Below, one piece after another: positions 58,214-64,000 of a stretch of DNA of 64,000 bases. The stretch comes from an uncultured Actinomycetota bacterium (lineage in GTDB: Bacteria > Actinomycetota > Actinomycetes > Actinomycetales > Demequinaceae). A program made the translations under genes and the position numbers. Position 1 is the first letter of the stretch; every line of letters starts with the position of its first letter. The stretch lies in NCBI GenBank assembly GCA_963743485.1, contig CAVUPQ010000004.1, positions 279,292 to 343,291 on the forward strand. The letters run 5' to 3'. The notes under the pieces were generated by a model that worked only from the letters and a program-made list of their open reading frames with translations, was not told the origin of the DNA and searched no databases.

Positions 58214-58724
58214 GGGGTGCTCCTCCGTGCGTCGGCCAAGCAACGGTTGTCTGCGGTCCTCGGCGGTGGCGGGCGCGTGCTCTCGAATTCTGGACCATGC
58301 TACCGTCCGCGCGAGGGGCCGACCGCTCCCTGGGGAGTCCGCGGCGCCGGCCCGCAACGTCGCCGAACCCTTGGGGCACGGGCACGTCACTGCCCGGGCG
58401 TCTCCTCCACGATGCGCAGAAGCTCGCGGAGACCCGGGGACCTCGACGGGGCGAAAGCCGGCGGGCAGGTAGGGAGCCGCGTCGATCGTCGGGTTGCATG
58501 TCGCGACGAACGCGTAGTCGCTTGCTTGGTTCTCCGTCCAGAAGTCCGCCGGTCCTGCGTCCCTGAACATCACCCCGGCCCGGTCGATCCCTTGGTCCGA
58601 CTCCCCGGACCCCGCGACCCACGGGCGGCTGGGAGGATGCGGCGCCCGCCGCTCGCCGTGAGCCTCGTGCTCTCCCGCTAGAGTGGCGCAGTACGATTTT
58701 TCGGCGAGTCTCGGAGGCGTTCAG

Positions 58725-59750
58725 ATGTCCACGAAAGACGGCAAACGGGCCCTGATCACCGGCATCACCGGCCAGGATGGAAGTTACCTCGCGGAGCTGC
58801 TCTTGTCGAAGGGCTACGAGGTTCACGGATTCATTCGCCGCGCGTCGACCTTCAACACGTCCCGCATCGACCACATCTACCAAGTGCCGCACACCGCGCA
58901 TCAGCGCCTCTTCCTGCACTACGCCGATCTCGCCGAAGGCTCGCGCCTCGCGCCGCTTCTACGGGAGGTCAACCCGCACGAGGTGTACAACCTCGCGGCG
59001 CAGTCTCACGTGCGCGTGAGCTTCGACGAGCCCGAATACACCGGCGATGTCACGGGCCTCGGGACAACGAGGTTGCTCGAGGCCATCCGCAACACCGAGC
59101 TGGACTGCCGGTTCTACCAGGCGTCGAGCTCGGAGATGTTCGGCGCCACACCCCCACCGCAGAATGAGGAGACGCCCCTCCACCCGCGCTCGCCGTACGG
59201 GGTCGCGAAGGTCTACTCGTACTGGATCACACGAAACTACCGCGAGGCCTACGACCTGTTTGCGGTGAACGGGATCCTCTTCAATCACGAGTCGCCCCGT
59301 CGCGGCGGAACCTTCGTCACGCGCAAGATCACGCGCGCCGTCGCGCGCATCGCCGCCGGCGAGCAGAAGGACCTGTGGCTTGGCAACCTCGACGCGGTGA
59401 GGGACTGGGGATACGCCCCGGAGTACGTCGAGGCGATGTGGCGCATGCTCCAGCACGACGCGCCCGAGGACTATGTCGTCGCAACCGGCACGGCATACAC
59501 GGTCAAGGATTTCGTGCGATTCGCGTTCGAGCGCGTGGGTCTCGACTGGGAGAAGCACGTCAAGTTCGACGAGCGCTACTTGCGGCCCTCGGAGGTCGAT
59601 GCCCTGATCGGCGACGCCTCGAAGGCCGAACGCGTCCTCGGCTGGAAGGCCAAGGTCCACACACCGCGCCTCGCGGAGATCATGGTCGATGCGGACATCG
59701 CCGAACTCGAGGTCGCGGGCAAGCCGTACGTCGATACCGTCGAGCAGTAG
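58725..59750 (+). CDS. gmd: GDP-mannose 4,6-dehydratase
   Basis: ATG at 58725 with GGAGG at 58713-58717, inside ORF 58683..59750. [42 protein letters not shown]. Intact. Confidence 0.93.
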   Translation: MSTKDGKRALITGITGQDGSYLAELLLSKGYEVHGFIRRASTFNTSRIDHIYQVPHTAHQRLFLHYADLAEGSRLAPLLREVNPHEVYNLAAQSHVRVSFDEPEYTGDVTGLGTTRLLEAIRNTELDCRFYQASSSEMFGATPPPQNEETPLHPRSPYGVAKVYSYWITRNYREAYDLFAVNGILFNHESPRRGGTFVTRKITRAVARIAAGEQKDLWLGNLDAVRDWGYAPEYVEAMWRMLQHDAPEDYVVATGTAYTVKDFVRFAFERVGLDWEKHVKFDERYLRPSEVDALIGDASKAERVLGWKAKVHTPRLAEIMVDADIAELEVAGKPYVDTVEQ

Positions 59751-59790
59751 TCGCCCGACGCTCCTGGGTTCCGGTAGTCTTTTCAGGCAA

Positions 59791-59895
59791 CGACAGGGGA
59801 GCGCCTCCGTTCAGATTGAACGGGCCAGGGCGCTGAGAGTGCGGACAGCCGCAGACCCTCGAACCTGATCCGGCTAGCACCGGCGTAGGGAGTCG
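59791..59895 (+). promoter_or_regulatory. TPP (THI-box) riboswitch
   Basis: P1 CGAC...GUCG encloses GGGGAGCGCC...GGCGCUGAGAG...ACCCUCGAACCUGAUCCGGCUAGCACCGGCGUAGGGA, which matches the conserved THI element core (CUGAGA, ACCUGAUC.GG..A..CC.GCGUAGGGA). It is followed by a hairpin CCUCC(59906-59910)/GGAGG(59917-59921) that can sequester the SD of the ATG at 59929. Confidence 0.85.
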
Positions 59896-59928
59896 AGACT
59901 CGTCCCCTCCTTACGAGGAGGATTCACC

Positions 59929-60983
59929 ATGCGCATGACACGAGCAACGTCATCACCACCGCCGCGCTCGCGGCGGCCCTCGCCGCCACGTCCCTCGCGG
60001 GCTGCTCGGCAGCGGCCGATGACCCGCACGCCGTCACCGTCGTCACCCACGACAGCTTCGCCGTGCCCGACGACGTCCTTGCCGCCTTCGAAAGGTCGAG
60101 CGGCCTCACGGTCACCTTCGTCGCGCCGGGCGACGCCGGGACGCTCGTCAACCAGCTCATCCTCACCAAGGACGCGCCGCTCGGCGACGTCGTGTACGGC
60201 ATCGACAACACGTTCGCCTCCCGCGCGATCGACGAGGGCATCTTCGCCGACTACGCGAGCGCGGCCCCCGCCGCCGCCGACGCGGCCGGCTACGCGATAC
60301 CCGGGAGCGACGCGCTCACGGCGATCGACTACTCCGACGTGTGCATCAACGTTGACCACCGCTACTTCGCCTCGCGCGGACTCGCCGAGCCGGTGACGCT
60401 CGACGACCTCACCAATCCCGCGTACCGGGGCCTCCTGAGCGTCACGAATCCCGCGACGTCGTCCCCCGGCCTCGCGTTCCTCCTCGCCACGGTCGCCGCG
60501 TACGGCGACGCGCTGGCCCGACTACTGGGCGAGGCTGCGCGACAACGACGTTCGCGTCGACGCGTCGTGGACGGACGCCTACTACTCGGACTTCTCCGGG
60601 CCCTCGTCGGGCGGCGCGTACCCGCTCGTCCTCAGCTACGCGTCGTCGCCGCCGTACGAGGTGGGCGACGACGGCGTCGCTCCCACGGGCGCGCTGCTCG
60701 ACACGTGCTTCCGCCAGGTGGAGTACGCGGGCGTGCTCGCGGGCGCGAAGAACCCCGACGGCGGCGGCAAGCAGTCATCGACTGGATGCTCTCGGACGCG
60801 TTCCAGGCGGCGCTCCCCGAGAACATGTACGTCTACCCCGTCTCGGCCTCGGTTGCGGTGCCGCCCGACGTGGGCCGACGCACGCACCGCTCAGCCCCCA
60901 CCCCTACACCCTCGACCCCGCGACCATCGCCGAGAACCGGGACGACGTACATCCGCACGTGGACGTCCGTCGTGATCGGCTAG
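59929..60983 (+). pseudogene. ABC transporter substrate-binding lipoprotein (thiamine/TPP-type, inferred from riboswitch), frameshifted
   Basis: ATG at 59929. The signal/lipobox ITTAALAAALAATSLAGCS is already in a different frame. The main body is in ORF 60063..60983 (VTVVTHDSFAVPDDVLAAFERSSGLTVTFV...[22 protein letters not shown]). Later parts ([18 protein letters not shown]...[14 protein letters not shown]; [22 protein letters not shown]) are in other frames. Confidence 0.75.
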
Positions 60984-60995
60984 CGCGGACCGCTC

Positions 60996-62646
60996 GTGCG
61001 GCGTCACCCCAGCGACGCTCCCCGCGCCCCGCGCGGCGCGGTGGGCCCTGCTCGCGGTCCCGCTCGCATTCCTCGGCCTGGTGTTCGTGTGGCCGACGGT
61101 CGCGCTCCTGTGGCGCGGCCTCGCCGGGTCGGGCGAGGCATGGTGCTCGGGGACGGCACGGACGTGGCGCGCCGTGGGCGACGACGCTCGGGCTCGCGTC
61201 GGGCGGAACGGCGCTCGCCGTCGCGCTCGGGCATTCCGGCCGCGTGGGCGCTGTTCCGGCTGCGGTGGCGCGGGCCAGGCCGTGGCGCGCGCGGCCGTCA
61301 GCGTGCCGTTCGTCCTCCCGACCGTCGTGGTCGCGACGGCGTTCTCTGCGCTCTTCGGCCCGGCCGGGCTCCTGGGCTTCCTCGGCGCGGACCAGTCGCC
61401 CGCGGCCATCGTCGCCGCGCTGGCCTTCTTCAACGTCGCGATCGTGGCGCGCGTGGTCGGGGGAACCTGGGCGGGCCTCGATCCCCGCGCGACGCGTCGC
61501 CGCCCGCACGCTCGGCGCGAGCCCGCGGCAGGCCTTCGCCCGCGTCACCGCTCCCCTCGCTCGTGCCCGTCGATCGCCGCCGCGGCGTCGATCGTCTTCC
61601 TGTTCTGCGCGTCGTCGTTCGCGATCGTGCTCGTGCTCGGCGGGACGCGAGTCAACTCCGTCGAGACGGAAATCTGGATCCAGGTCAACCAGTTCCTCGA
61701 CCTGCGGGCCGCGTCGCTCCTCGCGCTGCTCCAGGTGGCGATCGTCGCGCTCGCGCTCGGCGCCGCGGAGTGGGCGCGGGCTCGCACGCGAGCGCAGTCG
61801 GCACCGGAGGGCGTCGACGGCACCCGGCCGCGGCGCGGAGCGGCCGACGCCCCGCGCATCGCGGCCGCGCTCGCGGGGCCCGCGCTCCTGCTCGGGCTCC
61901 CCATGGCGGGACTCGTCGAGCGCTCGCTGCGCACCCGCGACGGCTGGGGCCTCGACCACTACGCCGCGCTCGCTCGGCCAGCCCGCGCGCGGCATCCTGC
62001 CCGGTGCCGCTGTGGCGCGCGGCCGCTCAACTCGCTCGAGGCCGCGACCTGGGGCGCGGCGATCGCCATGGTCGCCGGCCTCGCGCTCGCGTACGCGCTC
62101 GCACGGTCGCGCCGCGTCCGTGGGCGGGCGCCTGGCGATGCTGCCCCTCGGCGTCTCGGCGGTGATCGTCGGCCTCGGCGTACTCCTGACGCTCGCCCGA
62201 GCCCCTGCCGTGGGGCTGGGCACGCCGCGAGCCCGGCCCTCCTCATCCCGCTCGCCCAGGCCGTCGTCGCGTTTCCCCTCGTGGTGCAGAAGCCTGGTGC
62301 CCGCGCTCACCGCGATCCCGCCCGACGTGCGCGCCTCCGCCGCGATCCTCGGGCGCGTCGCCGTGGCGGCTGTGGCGCGCCGTCGAGTGGCCGCTCGTCC
62401 GACGCCCCGTCGGCCTCGCGCTCGGCCTCGCCTTCGCGGTGTCGCTCGGCGAGTTCGGCGCGACGAACTTCCTCGCGCGGCCCGACCATCCCACGCTCCC
62501 GACCGCGATCTTCCGCTTCCTCGGCCGGCCCGGCGTCGACAACGTCGGCGTCGCGTTCGCCGCGTCGGTCGTGCTCGCGGCGATGACGGGGGCTGTCATG
62601 ATGGCGGCGGAACGACTGCGCGACCCGGACGGACGGGGAACTGTGA
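60996..62646 (+). pseudogene. ABC transporter permease, two-domain (ThiP-like), multiple frameshifts
   Basis: GTG at 60996. [71 protein letters not shown] and [28 protein letters not shown] are in ORF 61081..62586. Second-half segments ([25 protein letters not shown]; [15 protein letters not shown]; [24 protein letters not shown]) are in other frames. Confidence 0.75.
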
Positions 62647-63304
62647 ACGGGCTCGAGCTGCGCGACGTCTCGGTGACCTACCCTGGGCCGCCCGCCGGTG
62701 CGCGCCGTCCGCGACGTGTCGCTCGCCGTCCGGCCGGGCGAGATCGTCGCGCTCGACCGGCCCGTCGGGCTGCGGGAAGTCCTCGCTCCTCGGCGCGATC
62801 GCCGGCAGTCGTCGAGTGCACCGGCATGGTGGCGTGGGACGGGGAGGACGTCACGCAGGTCCCCGTGCACCGGCGCGGATTCGGGCTCGTGTTCCAGGAC
62901 GGCGCGCTGTTCCCGCATCGGACCGTCGCGGGCAACGTCGGCTTCGGGCTCGAGATGGCCTCGCGTGCCCCGCGCCGAACGCGACGGCGCGGGTCGAGGA
63001 GCTGCTGGAACTCGTTCGGCTGCCCGGGTTCGGCGACCGGCGCGTCGACGAACTCTCGGGCGGCGAGCGCCAACGGGTCGCGCTCGCGCGCTCGCTCGCC
63101 CCGCGGCCCGCGGCTCCTGCTTCTGGACGAGCCGCTCAGCTCGCTCGACCCGGAACTACGCGAGCGCTCGCCTGCGGACGTGCGCGACATCCTTCTCGCG
63201 ACGGGCACCACGGCAATCGTCGTCACCCATGATCGCGCGGAGGCCGCCGCCCTGGGGGACAGGACCGTCGCCATGCGCGACGGCGACTCATCGCACGGCG
63301 CTAG
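62643..63304 (+). pseudogene. ABC transporter ATP-binding protein (ThiQ-like), frameshifted
   Basis: The GTG at 62643 overlaps a TGA (GTGA). [10 protein letters not shown] and [23 protein letters not shown] lie in ORF 62439..63398. [15 protein letters not shown] lies in the frame of 60959..63232. [11 protein letters not shown] and [10 protein letters not shown] lie in 62439..63398. The stop TAG at 63302-63304 is read in another frame. Confidence 0.75.
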
Positions 63305-63423
63305 TCCCTGCACACCGGCGCCGGATCGAGGGTGGATCGGCACGGCGGTCGCCACCGCGCGAGTCTCGATTCACCGCGCACCGTTCATCTCCCCGTAGGC
63401 TGGGTCTGACGATAAGGACGGCC

Positions 63424-64000
63424 GTGGACCCTTCCCCCGCGACCTGGAATCCCGACCCGGATCCAGCCGGGGCAGGAACGTACTGGGCCCCGCCGCCCGA
63501 GGTGGGCCACGTGGACGCAGCCGGCCCCTCCGTCGCCCCCGAGCCGCCGCACCCCGCCGCCGCGCCCGCCGTGGCCGACGCGGCACCCTGGGACCCTGGG
63601 GCCTCGGTTCCGCCGACGCCGCGGTCGCTCCGGCGCCAGGAGCGCTCGGGGCTTCCGGTTCGGGACACGGTCTGGAGTCCCCGTACGCGCCCATCGCCCA
63701 CGCTCCACCAAGAAAGCCGGGCGTCATGGCCCGTTGGCCTGACGCTTGGCATCACCGCCGCGATCCTGCTCACGGCCATCGTCGGCGTCGCGGTGTACAA
63801 GGCGGTTCTCACGAGGCCGAGCCGCACCACGTCGGTCGAGGATGTCGTCGCGCCTCGCGGCTGGGAGGTTCACACGTCCCGCACGGGCGCCGTCGCGTTC
63901 GCGTACGACCCTGCCTGGGTCGAACGCCGAGACCGCGACAACCGGGCAGGAGTACGTCGACGCCTTGGGCGCGCACCTGAGGTATGCGCTCGAGTACGCC
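63424..64000 (+). pseudogene. Pro-rich, single-TM membrane-anchored protein of unknown function (partial; apparent frameshift near 63925)
   Basis: GTG at 63424 with AAGGA 6 nt upstream. VDPSPATWNPDPDPAGAGTYWAPPPEV... is a Pro-rich cytoplasmic head, followed by the TM segment WPVGLTLGITAAILLTAIVGVAVY. The last 70 nt read more sensibly in another frame (...QEYVDALGAHLRYALEYA). Runs off the window. Confidence 0.4.

Noticed and set aside
57116-58573. Full 485-aa ORF as the GT4 gene
   Set aside because: The first 120 codons are mostly low-complexity R/A/G/P. GT4 homology begins at LAKIFVDLL, where a TTG start (58213) has a strong GGAGGAG Shine-Dalgarno. The upstream protein-like piece is treated separately as a possible remnant.
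1-64000. Search for CRISPR arrays, IS elements/transposases, integrases, prophage genes, toxin-antitoxin or known defence-system genes, rRNA and tRNA
   Set aside because: I recognised no regularly spaced direct repeats, no transposase, integrase or recombinase-like translations, no cloverleaf-like tRNA sequences in the intergenic spacers, and no rRNA-like stretches. This is a by-eye search only; tRNAscan-SE and Infernal would be the definitive check.

Overview
Very GC-rich (roughly 70% by eye) chromosomal segment. Gene content and synteny fit a high-GC Gram-positive actinobacterium, Micrococcales-like. From left to right:
- A PDZ protein (partial).
- A menaquinone cluster (menC-menD, menB, menE, menA) interspersed with membrane-anchored proteins and lipoproteins, followed by a GT4.
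- An intact System II cytochrome c maturation operon (tlpA/resA-like, ccdA, resB, ccsB) with a histidine phosphatase and a glutaredoxin.
- A HAD-IB hydrolase, the 32-aa bS22 microgene and an HTH protein.
- TrkH/TrkA.
- A four-gene operon (FAD oxidoreductase, DUF1365, CFA-synthase-like methyltransferase, SDR). It is divergent from an SRPBCC gene and a B12-binding MerR (CarH/LitR-like) regulator, and a TAGACA repeat operator overlaps its promoter.
- DUF4190 and DUF4349 proteins.
- A GH94 cellobiose phosphorylase with a CebR-type box.
- A locus of about 29 kb for a cell-envelope glycopolymer (30.2-59.8 kb). It combines a Wzm/Wzt ABC exporter, a Wzx-like flippase, two polyprenyl-phosphate-sugar synthase modules (GtrA; GT2+DUF2304+GalE), five large polytopic GT-C-like proteins (two paralog pairs), several GT2/GT4 enzymes and GDP-fucose genes (gmd, fcl).
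- A TPP riboswitch in front of a thiamine-type ABC importer.

I recognised no rRNA, tRNA, CRISPR array, transposase or integrase.

The most striking global property is that about two dozen genes can only be read through one or more frame changes. These genes are clustered in blocks that alternate with long, perfectly intact blocks. Frameshifted genes are listed as pseudogenes over their full span. Whether they reflect real decay or consensus errors cannot be decided from the sequence alone.
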